A stretch of DNA of 64,000 bases, from the NCBI GenBank assembly GCA_004321745.1, contig SGYO01000004.1, positions 47,016-111,015 on the forward strand, read 5' to 3'. Position numbers and translations under genes: made by a program. Below the pieces are notes generated by a model. The model was given only the letters and a program-made list of their open reading frames with translations, had not been told where the DNA came from and did no database searches. This DNA is from a bacterium. Lineage in GTDB: Bacteria; Fidelibacterota; Marinisomatia; Marinisomatales; UBA1611. Positions 28,395 to 40,400 of this stretch are shown one piece after another. How positions within the stretch are numbered: position 1 is the first letter of the stretch; each line of letters starts with the position of its first letter.

Positions 28395-29888
28395 ATGATA
28401 GAAAAAAATAGTAACATAAGGCAATTGATTGATTTTAGGTTGGAAAAATTAAATAGGTTAAAAGAACTTGGTATTGAGCCTTTTCCACACAAGTATAACC
28501 CAACGCATAAAAGCATAGATATTATTAGCAGTTTCAATGATATTGAAAAACAAACTGTTTGCGTAGCTGGTAGAATTATGGCGTTAAGAAAAATGGGCAA
28601 GGCATCTTTTATTCATGTAATGGATGATAAAGGAAAGATTCAAATTTTCATCAAAAAAGATAATGTTGGTGATAAGGTTTATGAAGCATTTAACTTGATG
28701 GATATAGGCGATTTCATTGGAGTCAGTGGCTTTGTTTTTAAAACAAAGGTTGGTGAAATTTCAATATCTGCTGAAAAATTTGATGTATTATCAAAAAGTA
28801 TAAGACCATTACCTATTGTTAAAGAAAAAGATGGGGAGGTCTATGATGCCTTTAAAGATAAAGAGCTTCGATATAGGAATAGACATTTGGATTTAATAGT
28901 TAACCCTGAGACTAGAGAAACATTCATCAAAAGGACAAAAATTATTAATGAAATAAGATCCACATTAAATTCTAAACAATTTTTAGAAGTTGAAACTCCT
29001 GTGCTTCAGCCAATCTATGGCGGTGCTAATGCAAGACCTTTTACAACACATCATAATGCTTTAGACCAAAAATTATACCTAAGAATTGCTGATGAATTAT
29101 ATCTAAAACGTTTAATCATTGGTGGGTTTGAAAAAGTATATGAGCTCTCAAAAGATTTTAGAAACGAGGGCATGGATAGAAATCATAATCCAGAGTTTAC
29201 AATGTTAGAATTTTACTGGGCGTACGCAGATTTTAATGATTGTATGGAATTAGTTGAAGAAATAATACGTAATGCAGCTAAAAAAATTGGTGATTTAAAA
29301 ATTAAATGGGGTGATTATGATATAGATTTGTCAAAAAAGTTTGATAAAAAATCTTTTTTTCAGCTCATTGAGGAAGCAACTGGTTCTGACTTTTCTAAAT
29401 TAAGCAATAATGAAATGTTGAAAGTTTGCGAATTACATAATGTGGAAGTTGATAAAAATAGTAACACAGGTCAACTTCTTGACTCAATAATGAGTGAGCT
29501 CGTTGAACCTAAACTCATTAACCCTACATTTGTCATTGATTATCCTAAATCCATATCCCCATTAGCAAAATTAAAGCGAGATGGTAGTGAAGAAATTGTG
29601 GAAAGGTTTGAACTTTTTATAGGCGGTTCAGAATTTGCTAATTCTTTTTCAGAATTAAACGATCCCATAGATCAAAGATCTAGGCTTGAAGAGCAATCAA
29701 AATTAAGAGATCAAGGTGATGACGAGGCTCAACCTATTGATGAGGATTTTATTAATGCAATGGAAATCGGAATGCCTCCAACAGGTGGTGTAGGAATAGG
29801 AATTGATAGATTAGTAATGCTACTTACAAATAATCGCTGGATAAGAGATGTGATATTATTTCCAACAATGAAGCCAGAAACAAATTAA
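28395..29888 (+). CDS. lysS: Lysine--tRNA ligase, class II
   Basis: 497 aa with an OB-fold N-domain and FRNEGMDRNHNPEFTMLEFY (motif 2 region). prfB-lysS linkage is as in many bacteria. Confidence 0.95.
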   Translation: MIEKNSNIRQLIDFRLEKLNRLKELGIEPFPHKYNPTHKSIDIISSFNDIEKQTVCVAGRIMALRKMGKASFIHVMDDKGKIQIFIKKDNVGDKVYEAFNLMDIGDFIGVSGFVFKTKVGEISISAEKFDVLSKSIRPLPIVKEKDGEVYDAFKDKELRYRNRHLDLIVNPETRETFIKRTKIINEIRSTLNSKQFLEVETPVLQPIYGGANARPFTTHHNALDQKLYLRIADELYLKRLIIGGFEKVYELSKDFRNEGMDRNHNPEFTMLEFYWAYADFNDCMELVEEIIRNAAKKIGDLKIKWGDYDIDLSKKFDKKSFFQLIEEATGSDFSKLSNNEMLKVCELHNVEVDKNSNTGQLLDSIMSELVEPKLINPTFVIDYPKSISPLAKLKRDGSEEIVERFELFIGGSEFANSFSELNDPIDQRSRLEEQSKLRDQGDDEAQPIDEDFINAMEIGMPPTGGVGIGIDRLVMLLTNNRWIRDVILFPTMKPETN

Positions 29889-29890
29889 TA

Positions 29891-31072
29891 ATGAGATTAT
29901 ATCTGCAGTTCATTCTGCGATATTTTAAATATGGTAAAAAAAGAAGCTTTTCATCAAACGCAATCAATCTAGCTACCATTGGCTTAGCAATAGGTGTTTT
30001 TTCATTATTAGTGACCATTAGTGTCATTAAAGGTTTTGAAAATGTTTTATCAAATAAATTAGTTAATATTGATGGCAAAATAAGATTAAAAACTATATTT
30101 GGATCATCGATAAGTGAGTTAGATAAGATAGATTTAACCATCTTACAATCAAATCCAAAAATGAATGTAACACCTTTTGTTAGAGGTTCTGTTGTAATCC
30201 ACAAAAATAAGGTAAATGAGGGCTTACTGCTTGAAGGAGTCAACTATTTACCTAGTTTTGACAATTTAGTTGATGGAGAAAAATTTGTAAATGGTGATGA
30301 GATTATAATTGGCAGTTCCTTAGCTGAAAGTCTAAAATTAGATTCCTCCGAAGCTTTATACTTAGTCCCTTTGGATGGGTTCATTGGTGATGTAAAAAAC
30401 TTAAAATATTACAAATTAATATTTAGACGTGCTTTTACCACTGGAATGGATGAATATGATAGAAACCTTGCTTATGTTAGTATCAATACAGCTCAAAAAA
30501 TATTTAATATGAACGATAAGGTTAGTGGATATATAATTAATTCAGATGTCAAAACAGATGATCTTTTAAAAAGTTTAAATGGTGGTGTTAAATACCCGTA
30601 TTTTCTAGAAACTTGGATGGATCGGCATCAAGTTATTTTTGCTTGGATTAGAACACAAACGTTACCAATAGTAATAATTTTTAGTTTGATCACTCTTGTT
30701 GGCATTACGAATGTAATGGCAACGGTTTCTTTGTTAGTAAATGAAAGAAGTAAGGAAATAGGTATGTTACTTTCTCAAGGTTTTCAAAAATATCAAATAA
30801 GAAATATTTTTCTCATTGAATCGGGTCTCATTGGTCTAATTGGGAGCACAATAGGTGTGCTATTGGCCATCTTTTTTACTTTCATTCAAAGTAGGTATAA
30901 TTTTATTCAACTGCCAGTGGAAGTATACTTTATGAACAGTTTACCTATCGCATTTGATTACAATTTGTGTTTTGTTATAATTTTGCTAAGCTTATTTATT
31001 ACGATATTTTCAAGTTTTTTGCCCATAAAAACTATTTTTGATAATAAAATACCAAAACTATTGAAAAATTAA
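29891..31072 (+). CDS. LolC/LolE-family lipoprotein-release ABC permease (FtsX-like)
   Basis: 393 aa: N-terminal TM, large periplasmic MacB-like domain, three C-terminal TMs. It is followed by a paralogue and lolD. Confidence 0.8.
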   Translation: MRLYLQFILRYFKYGKKRSFSSNAINLATIGLAIGVFSLLVTISVIKGFENVLSNKLVNIDGKIRLKTIFGSSISELDKIDLTILQSNPKMNVTPFVRGSVVIHKNKVNEGLLLEGVNYLPSFDNLVDGEKFVNGDEIIIGSSLAESLKLDSSEALYLVPLDGFIGDVKNLKYYKLIFRRAFTTGMDEYDRNLAYVSINTAQKIFNMNDKVSGYIINSDVKTDDLLKSLNGGVKYPYFLETWMDRHQVIFAWIRTQTLPIVIIFSLITLVGITNVMATVSLLVNERSKEIGMLLSQGFQKYQIRNIFLIESGLIGLIGSTIGVLLAIFFTFIQSRYNFIQLPVEVYFMNSLPIAFDYNLCFVIILLSLFITIFSSFLPIKTIFDNKIPKLLKN

Positions 31073-32238
31073 TGAATTACTTTATAGCTAAGAATTTTCT
31101 TGCATCGATGAATACTACTGGGAAAATAACCAATGTAATTTCTGTAGTTGGTATTAGTTTAGGCTCCTTTGCTCTGATTATATCCATTTCTGTTTTAAAT
31201 GGTTTTGAAAATAAACTGGATGAAAAAATTAGCAACTTTGATGGTCATTTTAGAATTCCAAATTCTATTTCAAATGATAAGTTATCTAAGATTAAATCTT
31301 TGAAAGAAGTGAAATCTGTTTTATTTAATTATGAGCGTAAAGGAATGATACATCATCTATCAAACCAATCTTTAGTGACTTTCAAACAGGTAAGTGCTGA
31401 TTATTTTGAAAGCTTTAATGAAATTCCTTATGTTGGAGCTCTACCATTAGAAAATGAGATTTTTTTAGGAAATGATATAGCCTCTAGGCTAGGTATAAGA
31501 ACAGGTGACATTGTAAAAATATCCTCCCCTTTAGATAAAAGGTTCATTCTAGGTTTTCCACCTACTCTTGAGGTAAAAGTGTCGGGTATATTTTCAAGCA
31601 AAATTTTAAACTATGATAACAAATATATATTTATTTCTAAAAATATTGGGAAAACACTCTTTTCGAATGTTATTGAAAATCAATTCATAGATATAAAATT
31701 ACACCATTCATCAAAAATTGATGAAACAAGAAAAACATTATCAAATATTATAGGAGGCAAAATCATTTCATCATGGCGCGATAGGAATGTAGCTCTAGTG
31801 GGAGCAATCCAAATGGAAAAAATTGGTTCGGTAGTTGTCCTAAGTCTGATTCTTTTAGTAGCATCTTTTAGCATTTTATCGACTATATATTTGATAACAA
31901 TTAGAAAAATTAAAGATTTGGGAATTCTAAGGTTTTTAGGAATGAAAATGGATGATGTTCATTATTTGATAATGTATCAGGCTTTAATTATTGGTTTTAG
32001 AGGGGTTTGTATAGGTTTTACATCAGGAATTTCGGTTGTCCTATTTCAAAATATTTTTAAGATAATCTCTCTGCCTAATGACATATACGCTATGGAAGTA
32101 CTACCTATGTTTTTATCTCCAGAAGATATTATCATTGTTTTATGTATAAACATTTTCTTTATCTTATCAACTGGTTTTTATGGAACAAGAAAGTTTTTAA
32201 AATACGACCCACTGGAGATGTTGAAATGGGTAAAATAA
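31072..32238 (+). CDS. LolC/LolE-family lipoprotein-release ABC permease, second copy
   Basis: 388 aa with the same architecture. TAATG overlap with the upstream gene. Confidence 0.8.
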   Translation: MNYFIAKNFLASMNTTGKITNVISVVGISLGSFALIISISVLNGFENKLDEKISNFDGHFRIPNSISNDKLSKIKSLKEVKSVLFNYERKGMIHHLSNQSLVTFKQVSADYFESFNEIPYVGALPLENEIFLGNDIASRLGIRTGDIVKISSPLDKRFILGFPPTLEVKVSGIFSSKILNYDNKYIFISKNIGKTLFSNVIENQFIDIKLHHSSKIDETRKTLSNIIGGKIISSWRDRNVALVGAIQMEKIGSVVVLSLILLVASFSILSTIYLITIRKIKDLGILRFLGMKMDDVHYLIMYQALIIGFRGVCIGFTSGISVVLFQNIFKIISLPNDIYAMEVLPMFLSPEDIIIVLCINIFFILSTGFYGTRKFLKYDPLEMLKWVK

Positions 32239-32900
32239 TTTTAAATTCTAAAAATCTTACTAAATCTTATCAAAATGGTGATAGGCGGTTAGTGGTTTTA
32301 AATAGAATTAACCTTAAACTTGAAGCTGGTACCATAACCACTATCATTGGTGAATCGGGATCAGGTAAATCTACATTATTAAATGTTTTAAGTTCGTTAG
32401 ATACATTCGATAGTGGCAAGCTACTCATTGAAAATGAGGACATTAAGTCTTTTAACGAAAAAAAAATATCTTCTTTTAGAAATGAAAAAATAGGATTTAT
32501 TTTTCAATTCCATCATTTACTCCCGGACTTCACTGTAATGGATAATGTACTTATGCCTTTGTGGATTAAAAAAGGTTTTGGACAGTATGAGAGGCCTCTT
32601 GATTTATTGAGTGATTTTGGATTACTTAAAATAAAAGATAAATATCCAGATGAGGTATCTGGCGGTGAAAGACAAAGAGTAGCTATAATCAGATCAATTG
32701 TTAATAAGCCAAAGATATTATTTGCTGATGAGCCTTCGGGTAATTTAGATGAAAAAAATTCTGCAAAATTGATTGACCTTTTTAAGAGAATTAATAGAGA
32801 TTTCAATATGACTATAATGCTTACAACGCACAATCCGAGTATTGCAAAAATCGGAAACAATCTTTATGAACTGAAATCTGGTGAACTAATTAAAAGATAG
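32226..32900 (+). CDS. lolD: Lipoprotein-releasing ABC transporter ATP-binding protein
   Basis: Internal ATG at 32226 gives MGKIILNSKNLTKSY. Walker A GESGSGKST, signature VSGGERQRV and Walker B ILFADEP are present. The track extension from 32142 lies inside the permease gene. Confidence 0.85.
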   Translation: MGKIILNSKNLTKSYQNGDRRLVVLNRINLKLEAGTITTIIGESGSGKSTLLNVLSSLDTFDSGKLLIENEDIKSFNEKKISSFRNEKIGFIFQFHHLLPDFTVMDNVLMPLWIKKGFGQYERPLDLLSDFGLLKIKDKYPDEVSGGERQRVAIIRSIVNKPKILFADEPSGNLDEKNSAKLIDLFKRINRDFNMTIMLTTHNPSIAKIGNNLYELKSGELIKR

Positions 32901-32901
32901 C

Positions 32902-35349
32902 ATGAAAAAAAATTTTTCTAAGAATTTACAATCCATATTAAAGCTAGCAAAAGAGGAAGCGATACGACTAGGACACTCTTACGTTGGGTCAGAACACCTG
33001 CTCATTGGATTATTAAAAATTAAAACTGGTACTTCTAAAAAAATATTTGAGCTTTATGATGTAAATGTTATTTCTATTATTAAAATGATTGAAGATTTGA
33101 TAAGTAATGCTGATAGTACAATGTCATTGGGTCATTTGCCACTCAGCATGAGAGCTGAGAGAGTATTGAAAAATGCATATTTAGAAGCGTCTTCTAGAAA
33201 TAGCAATGTTGCTGATGATGAACACTTGCTTCTAGCCATGCTCAGAGAAAAAGAAGGTATAGTGTATGAAGTTCTAAATTCACTCGATTTAGATTTTGAC
33301 ACAGTTTGTGAGCTTTTTGACGGCGAAAGTTCTGAATCTAATGATATATATGGAGTTGAGGGTAATAAAGAGGAAAAGACCCCAACTTTAGATCATTTTT
33401 CTAGAGATATTACTCTTCTAGCAAAAAAAGGTAAGCTAGATCCTGTTATTGGTCGTGAAAAAGAGATAGAGCGAGTGGCTCAGGTGCTTTCAAGAAGAAA
33501 AAAGAATAACCCTGTTTTAATTGGTGAGCCTGGAGTAGGTAAAACTGCGATAATCGAAGGTCTCGCGCAGAGGATTGTTCGTAAAACAGTTCCTAGGTTA
33601 TTGCATAATAAAAGAATTTTATCTCTTGATTTAGCTGCATTAGTATCGGGTACCAAGTATCGAGGACAATTTGAAGAAAGACTTAAAAGTATTATGAATG
33701 AGCTTGAATCTCGTAAAAATTTAATTATTTTTATTGATGAGCTTCATACTTTAGTAGGTGCTGGGGGAGCTTCTGGCTCTTTAGATGCGTCTAATATGTT
33801 TAAACCTTCTTTAGCTAGAGGGGACCTTCATTGTATTGGAGCTACCACTCTTAATGAATACAGACAGCACATTGAAAAAGATGGTGCATTAGAAAGGCGT
33901 TTCCAAAAAATAATTATTAATGCTCCATCTGTAAATGAATCTATTGAAATACTTATGGGTCTAAAAGACAGGTATGAAGAGCATCATAATGTTAAATATT
34001 CTAATGATGCAATAGATGCATGTGTTCATTTATCAGAGAGATATATAACAGACAGATTTTTACCTGATAAAGCAATAGACATACTTGATGAGGCAGGTGC
34101 TCGCTCGCATATGTTTAACGATAAAGTTCCGAAAAATATAATTTCTATTGAAAAGCAGATAGAGTCGCTTAGGTCAAAAAAAGAAATTAAAGTTACAAAA
34201 CAGAAGTTTGAAGAAGCAGCAATTATAAGAGACAAAGAACGCATTCTCTTGGAAAAATTAAGTAAAGCTCAAAAATTATGGAATGAAAAATCTAAGGTAA
34301 ACATCCATGAAATTTCTTCAGATCATGTTGCTGATGTTGTCTCTTTAATCACTGGTATACCAGTAAATAAGGTTGCTGAAACAGAAAGTAATAAATTATT
34401 AAACCTTCCAGATAATTTGAGTGAGTTCATTGTCGGGCAAAAGAAAGCTATTCAAAGTATTTCTAAGGCTATTAGAAGAGCAAGGACTGGGCTGAAAAGC
34501 CCATCAAAACCAATTGGTGTGTTCCTTTTTCTTGGTCCAACAGGAGTTGGCAAAACAGAACTTGCAAAGGTATTATCAAATTACTTATTCAGTCATCCCG
34601 AGGCGCTCGTTAAAATTGATATGTCAGAGTTTAGTGAAAAATTTGCTTTATCTAGGCTTTTAGGTGCGCCCCCAGGGTATGTGGGTTATGATGAGGGTGG
34701 CGAATTGACTGAAAAAATTCGTAGAAATCCTTATTCAGTAGTATTATTCGATGAAGTTGAAAAGGCACATCCTGATCTTTTTAATATAATGCTTCAAATT
34801 TTTGATGATGGGGTTTTAACTGATAGTTTCGGTAGAAGAGTTGATTTTAGTAATACAGTAATTATCATGACTTCAAACTTAGGTACTAAAGACCTTGCGA
34901 TAAGTAATTTAGGGTTTGGTGAAGAACTAAATTTTGAAAATCAAAAAACAATCGAAGCAAAAATTATGAAATCTGTTGACAATGCATTTTCTCCTGAATT
35001 AATCAACAGAATCGATGAAACAATTGTATTTCATTCTCTAAGTGAAGAAGACCTTTTTAAGATTATAGATCTTCAGCTTAAAGATTTAAAAGAAAACCTT
35101 GAAAAAATTGGGTTAAAAATAAAAGTCTCTGTATCAGCAAAAAGGCTTTTAGCACAAAGAGGGTATAAACCTAAATACGGGGCAAGGCCTATGCGTCGAG
35201 AAATTCAAATTGCCATTGAGGATTACCTATCAGAGATGTTATTAAAAGAAAATTTTAAAATTGGCACTACTGTAAAAGTTGATGCAAATAGGAATGAGTT
35301 CAAATTCTCTTTTATTGAAAAGAAAAAGTCTTCGACGAATAAAGCCTAG
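32902..35349 (+). CDS. clpC: ATP-dependent Clp protease ATP-binding subunit, ClpC type
   Basis: 815 aa with Clp_N repeats, two AAA+ modules (GEPGVGKTA, GPTGVGKTE) and a short UVR-like linker (KQKFEEAAIIRDKE). Confidence 0.88.
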   Translation: MKKNFSKNLQSILKLAKEEAIRLGHSYVGSEHLLIGLLKIKTGTSKKIFELYDVNVISIIKMIEDLISNADSTMSLGHLPLSMRAERVLKNAYLEASSRNSNVADDEHLLLAMLREKEGIVYEVLNSLDLDFDTVCELFDGESSESNDIYGVEGNKEEKTPTLDHFSRDITLLAKKGKLDPVIGREKEIERVAQVLSRRKKNNPVLIGEPGVGKTAIIEGLAQRIVRKTVPRLLHNKRILSLDLAALVSGTKYRGQFEERLKSIMNELESRKNLIIFIDELHTLVGAGGASGSLDASNMFKPSLARGDLHCIGATTLNEYRQHIEKDGALERRFQKIIINAPSVNESIEILMGLKDRYEEHHNVKYSNDAIDACVHLSERYITDRFLPDKAIDILDEAGARSHMFNDKVPKNIISIEKQIESLRSKKEIKVTKQKFEEAAIIRDKERILLEKLSKAQKLWNEKSKVNIHEISSDHVADVVSLITGIPVNKVAETESNKLLNLPDNLSEFIVGQKKAIQSISKAIRRARTGLKSPSKPIGVFLFLGPTGVGKTELAKVLSNYLFSHPEALVKIDMSEFSEKFALSRLLGAPPGYVGYDEGGELTEKIRRNPYSVVLFDEVEKAHPDLFNIMLQIFDDGVLTDSFGRRVDFSNTVIIMTSNLGTKDLAISNLGFGEELNFENQKTIEAKIMKSVDNAFSPELINRIDETIVFHSLSEEDLFKIIDLQLKDLKENLEKIGLKIKVSVSAKRLLAQRGYKPKYGARPMRREIQIAIEDYLSEMLLKENFKIGTTVKVDANRNEFKFSFIEKKKSSTNKA

Positions 35350-35482
35350 TATAAAATCCTTTGAAACCCTGCCATTTCGATGTATCTGAATATAAGATAT
35401 GCCAAAATGTACTAATATAAATCCTGGAATATAGATTGCATTATGTTACCAACTACGATTAATAAATTTTTAAGGGAAGTGT

Positions 35483-37378
35483 ATGTCTAAGATAATTGGT
35501 ATAGATTTAGGAACAACAAATTCTTGTGTTTCAGTTTTAGAGGGCGGTGAGCCTACGGTTATTACTAATCCTGAGGGCGGAAGAACCACGCCTTCAGTAG
35601 TTGCGTTTTCAAAAGACGAGGATCGTTTGATAGGTCAAACCGCTAAACGTCAGGCCGTGACAAATCCTGAAAATACAATATTTTCAATCAAAAGATTCAT
35701 GGGGCGGATGTTTAAAGAAGTAGGAAATGAAATTTCTGAAGTCCCTTACAATGTTTCCAAAAATTCTAAGGGTGCAGTTATTGTAAAAGCAAATGATAAG
35801 GAATACACCCCACCCGAAATAAGCGCTATGGTACTTCAAAAATTAAAACAAGATGCAGAGGAGTATTTAGGTAGTAAAGTATCAGATGCAGTTATTACAG
35901 TCCCAGCGTATTTCAATGATTCCCAGCGCCAAGCAACAAAGGATGCTGGCAAAATTGCAGGTCTAAATGTAAGAAGAATAATCAATGAACCTACCGCTGC
36001 TGCCTTAGCTTATGGATTAGATAAGAAAAAAGATGAAAAAATTGCTGTTTTTGATTTGGGTGGAGGTACTTTCGATGTTTCTATATTAGAACTTGGTGAT
36101 GGTGTGTTTGAAGTTAAGGCATCTAATGGAGATGGTCACCTTGGAGGTGATGATTTTGATCAAAAGGTAATAAATTGGATTGCAGAAGAGTTCAAAAAAA
36201 GTGATGGAATTGATTTAAGAGAAGATCCCATGGCTCTTCAAAGACTTAAAGAGGCGGGTGAGGCAGCAAAAAAAGAGTTATCTACCTCTAAACAAACAGA
36301 CATTAATCTACCATTTGTTACTGCAGATGCATCAGGACCAAAGCATTTAAATTTGAGTCTAACTCGAGCAAAGTTTGATGAAATAGTGTTGGATCTAGTT
36401 GATAGGACAGTAGAACCATGTAAAAAAGCTCTTTCAGATGCTGGTCTAATTCCATCCGAAATAGATGAGGTTATTCTTGTTGGTGGTTCTACTAGAATTC
36501 CAGCAATTCAAGAAAAAGTAAAGGAGATTTTTGGCAAAGAGCCAAATAAGAGTGTGAACCCTGATGAGGTTGTTGCATTAGGCGCTGCAATTCAAGGTGG
36601 GGTTTTAGCTGGTGATGTAGATGATGTTTTGCTATTGGATGTGACTCCTCTTTCATTAGGTATCGAAACGCTGGGCTCAGTCTCAACAAAATTAATAGAA
36701 AGAAATACGACAATACCAACGAAAAAATCTCAGGTCTTCAGCACAGCTGCCGATAACCAAACTACAGTAGAAATTCATGTTCTCCAAGGTGAGAGAGAAA
36801 TGGCTGCAGATAACAAAACTATTGGTAGGTTTCATCTATCTGATATTCCCCCATCTCCTAGGGGAGTTCCTCAAATCGAAGTAACCTTTGATATTGATGC
36901 GAATGGAATTCTTAATGTTAGTGCTCAAGATAAAGCAACTGGTAAAGAGCAAAGTATCAGAATTGAAGCTTCTAGCGGTATATCTGAAGCTGAAATTGAA
37001 AAAATGGTAAATGATTCAAAGAAGAATGAGCAAAAGGATAAAGAAAAGAGAGAGCAAATTGATATAATCAATCAATCTGAACATTTGCTTTATGAAACCG
37101 AGAAAAACATTAAAGAAAATGATGACAAATTAGCAGATGAAGATAAGTCGTTATTAAATGAGAAGTTAGATTCACTAAAAAAAGCTAAGGATAGTGGAAA
37201 TGTTAGTGATATGAAAAAAGCGTTAGAAGAATTAAATAATGCTTGGTCCCAGATAGCCCCTAAGCTTTATCAATCCGCTGACCAATCGCCACCAGGTGCG
37301 CCTGATACCCCTGAGCCTCCTAAGAAAGGAAAAAACAAGGATGAGATCGAAGACGCTGATTTTGAGGTAGTAGATTAA
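35483..37378 (+). CDS. dnaK: Chaperone DnaK (Hsp70)
   Basis: [18 protein letters not shown] and [11 protein letters not shown] are present. 631 aa with an acidic C-terminal tail. Confidence 0.97.
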   Translation: MSKIIGIDLGTTNSCVSVLEGGEPTVITNPEGGRTTPSVVAFSKDEDRLIGQTAKRQAVTNPENTIFSIKRFMGRMFKEVGNEISEVPYNVSKNSKGAVIVKANDKEYTPPEISAMVLQKLKQDAEEYLGSKVSDAVITVPAYFNDSQRQATKDAGKIAGLNVRRIINEPTAAALAYGLDKKKDEKIAVFDLGGGTFDVSILELGDGVFEVKASNGDGHLGGDDFDQKVINWIAEEFKKSDGIDLREDPMALQRLKEAGEAAKKELSTSKQTDINLPFVTADASGPKHLNLSLTRAKFDEIVLDLVDRTVEPCKKALSDAGLIPSEIDEVILVGGSTRIPAIQEKVKEIFGKEPNKSVNPDEVVALGAAIQGGVLAGDVDDVLLLDVTPLSLGIETLGSVSTKLIERNTTIPTKKSQVFSTAADNQTTVEIHVLQGEREMAADNKTIGRFHLSDIPPSPRGVPQIEVTFDIDANGILNVSAQDKATGKEQSIRIEASSGISEAEIEKMVNDSKKNEQKDKEKREQIDIINQSEHLLYETEKNIKENDDKLADEDKSLLNEKLDSLKKAKDSGNVSDMKKALEELNNAWSQIAPKLYQSADQSPPGAPDTPEPPKKGKNKDEIEDADFEVVD

Positions 37379-37402
37379 AATCTGGACATTTAAAAGTTGA
37401 AT

Positions 37403-37439
37403 AAAAAAGCGTTCTTCACTGGACGCTTTTTTTGTTTTT
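37403..37439 (+). terminator. Rho-independent terminator of dnaK
   Basis: AAAAAAGCGTTC (37403-37414), loop TTCACT, GGACGCTTTTTT (37421-37432). The GC-containing core stem (one G-U pair) is followed by a T-run and GTTTTT. Confidence 0.85.
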
Positions 37440-37484
37440 GGAACTCATATTTGTCTATGTAGTTTATAATTAAGATTTACATTT

Positions 37485-40400
37485 ATGTTTTCAAAAAATA
37501 AATTATTATACATAGTTCTTCTTGTATCTATTCTATATGCAGTAGCAAGCTCTTTTCTATGGGAGAAAACTATTTTAGGTTTTCTTAATAGGTCATTATC
37601 AAAATCTAAAGTTGAAGTTATCTCTGGTGAATTATCAGGAAACTTATTAAGGAATATCATTGGCGAGAACTTTGAAATCATTCATCCAATCTATGGCGAT
37701 ATTTACATTGACAAAATCCTAATCAATTATGATTATTTTGGATCTTTATTCGGGGTCAATTCATTCGATGAGATATATATTGATAGCTTAGTCTTCGATT
37801 CAAAAAAATATATTGAAGATAATCAAAATACTGAATTTGAAAGTTTTCCTATTCAAATTAATAAGTTTTCGATAAATGGACAGCTACCTTTATGGTTTCA
37901 AAACGAAATGATTATTTTTAAAGGAACTGCAGAGGGTCAGGTTGCCTGGGAAAATGAATTAAATTTAAAAATTGATCGTTTAAGTTTAGAAAATAGTGGA
38001 GAATATGCCTTTTCATTTCAGATGGATAATCTTGAATTATTTAAAAATGATGATAGTTTATCAATAAATAATTTTTCTGGAAAATTTGGTAATGCTCCTA
38101 TCAATGGAGAGCTGCTTTATTTTCAAAAAGATTCGAAAATTAAGGGTTCGCTTAACATTGATGAATTTGCAATACCTAAAGAATTATTTAGCAAAACTCC
38201 TTTAAAAGGTAAATTTGAGAAAATATCAGGTAATGTTGATTTTGAATCCATTAGTGGTGATTTGAATGGAAACCTTTCTATCTCGAATCAACTTGGTTTA
38301 AAGATGGCAGGTGACATAAACATTGTTAAAGATAATGGAAATATTTTTCTGAAAAATTTGAATTTGTACGGAGAAGATTCTAATTTGAAAGTAAATGGAG
38401 TTTGGGAGGGCAATGAACGCTTAAGTGGGTACTTTTATTTAGATAGTCTCGATTTAAGCCGCTGGTTGATTGAACAAAACCCTACTTTACTTTCAGGTAT
38501 GGCAATATTAGAAGGTTCTATTGATAATAACCAAGCCCTTGAAAATATCGAATTAACCCTTGAGGTTGCAGAATATGGAGTGCTTAACAATCAGGAAAGC
38601 TCATTTCATGGTACTGTCCTCTATAGTGATAGTATAGTTTCTACGGTAGATCCAGTTATGTTGATAATAGGTGAAAGTATTCTTTCAATTGATGGTGAAA
38701 TTAATTTAAAGTCTAAGGAATTAAATTTTAATTCGGATCTAGAAAATGCTGATATCAAAATAATTAATAATTTCTGGATGGATGAATTCACAGATGGAAT
38801 AGCTACTGGGAAATTAATAATTAGAGGCTCGATTGATAATCCAGATGTTGTTGCTGATTTAAATTGTAAGAATATCAAGTATAAAGATTTCTCTATGGAG
38901 TCGATTAATTTTCATTCTGAAATGGAGTCTGATTCAAATTTTCCATCTGGATTTGTTAATTTAAAAATTGATAAAGGTATATGGCGAAATGAGAAATTTG
39001 ATTCGGGGACTTTAGATATTTCTTTTTCAAAAAATAGGATGGTGGTAGAGAATTGTCACTTTAAATCTGGAGATGATTACCTTTTATTATCAGGGTCATG
39101 GCTTTCAAAAAATAAATATAGAATTGATAGAATTCAGTCTGCATATAAAGATAATTATTTAGTTAATGCTAAACCTATTTTTATATCCTATCAAGATACA
39201 GCTGTCTCTGTTGAGCCTTTCGAAATTCACATTAACGATGGTATACTAGATGGAGTGCTTTTATTTGGAGCAATTTCTGAGGGCAGATTAAAAATGGCTA
39301 ACTTTGATGCTAGAGTTATAACGCAGTTCATTGATAGTAAGTACTTAGATTTGTCTGGTATAGTGTTTGGTGAATTGTCTTTTCAAAATTTGGATAATAA
39401 CCTCTCCTATGATGTAGATATCGCATTGAAAAAAGGAAATTATTTAGGAAAACATTATGACCAGATGAACTTATCTTTTTTACTTAATTCAAATAAACTA
39501 ATTATTGATGATTTTTCTTTTACGGCCGACACGTCGTTAGGATTTGAACTTTCCGGAATTTTACCGTTTAAAAAATCAAATAAACCCAATGCTGAGGTGT
39601 CATTGAATACGACATTTAAAGATCTTCCATTGGAAATGGTACATAGATTAATACCAAATTTTTTCAATTTAGAAGGTGATGCAACTGGTTTGCTCAGTAT
39701 TGGAGGCAATTTGGGTAAAACAAAATTTAATTATGAAGCGTCAATAGATCATGCAGTTTTTGATAAAATTTATCTTGGTAGTCTAAAAAGTAAAGGAAGT
39801 TATAATGGTTCATTTTTATCTGTTGAATACGCTGAATCAAATGATAACTTGGATAAAATATTCTCGAGTGGAGATGTGCCATTTGATTTAAATCTGAATT
39901 CAGACAAATTTGGTCAATTTTTTGAAAATAAAAATATTAATTACACCGCATCAGCTAAATTAACCTCTATGTCATTTCTTAGTACTTATATAAGTGAATT
40001 AGATTCAATCAGCGGTACTATAAACATTGATTTGTCATTGTTAGGCCCATCTTCTGCTATAATACGAAATGGAGAAATTACTTTATCAAATTCTAGTGTT
40101 TATACAATGCTAATTAATAATCCTATAATTAGTGTAAATGGAAAAGGTGTCTTAGAAAATAATATATTAAATATTGAGAACCTTAAGGGATCCTCTCTAA
40201 ATACCAGAGATAACAATTTTGGAAAAATCAGAGATAACATTAGCGTCAGCGGATCAATAGATTTTTCAAAATTTTTTGAACCTGATTATGATTTAATTGT
40301 TAACTCTATTAATAATAAATATATTTATTTGGACGCTATACCCATAGATATAACAGGTATCATCGATTCTATGAATGTAAAGGTTTTGGGTAGAGATACT

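Noticed and set aside
29824-30243. 139-aa minus-strand ORF spanning the lysS/lol junction
   Set aside because: It is antisense to the lysS 3' end and the first Lol permease. It looks like an AT-rich shadow ORF with no recognisable family features.
35350-35482. Heat-shock regulatory element upstream of dnaK (sigma-32-type promoter or CIRCE)
   Set aside because: A CTTTGAAA resembling the sigma-32 -35 box is present at about 35360. No CCCCAT-like -10 occurs at appropriate spacing, and there is no TTAGCACTC-N9-GAGTGCTAA inverted repeat, so no element can be supported.
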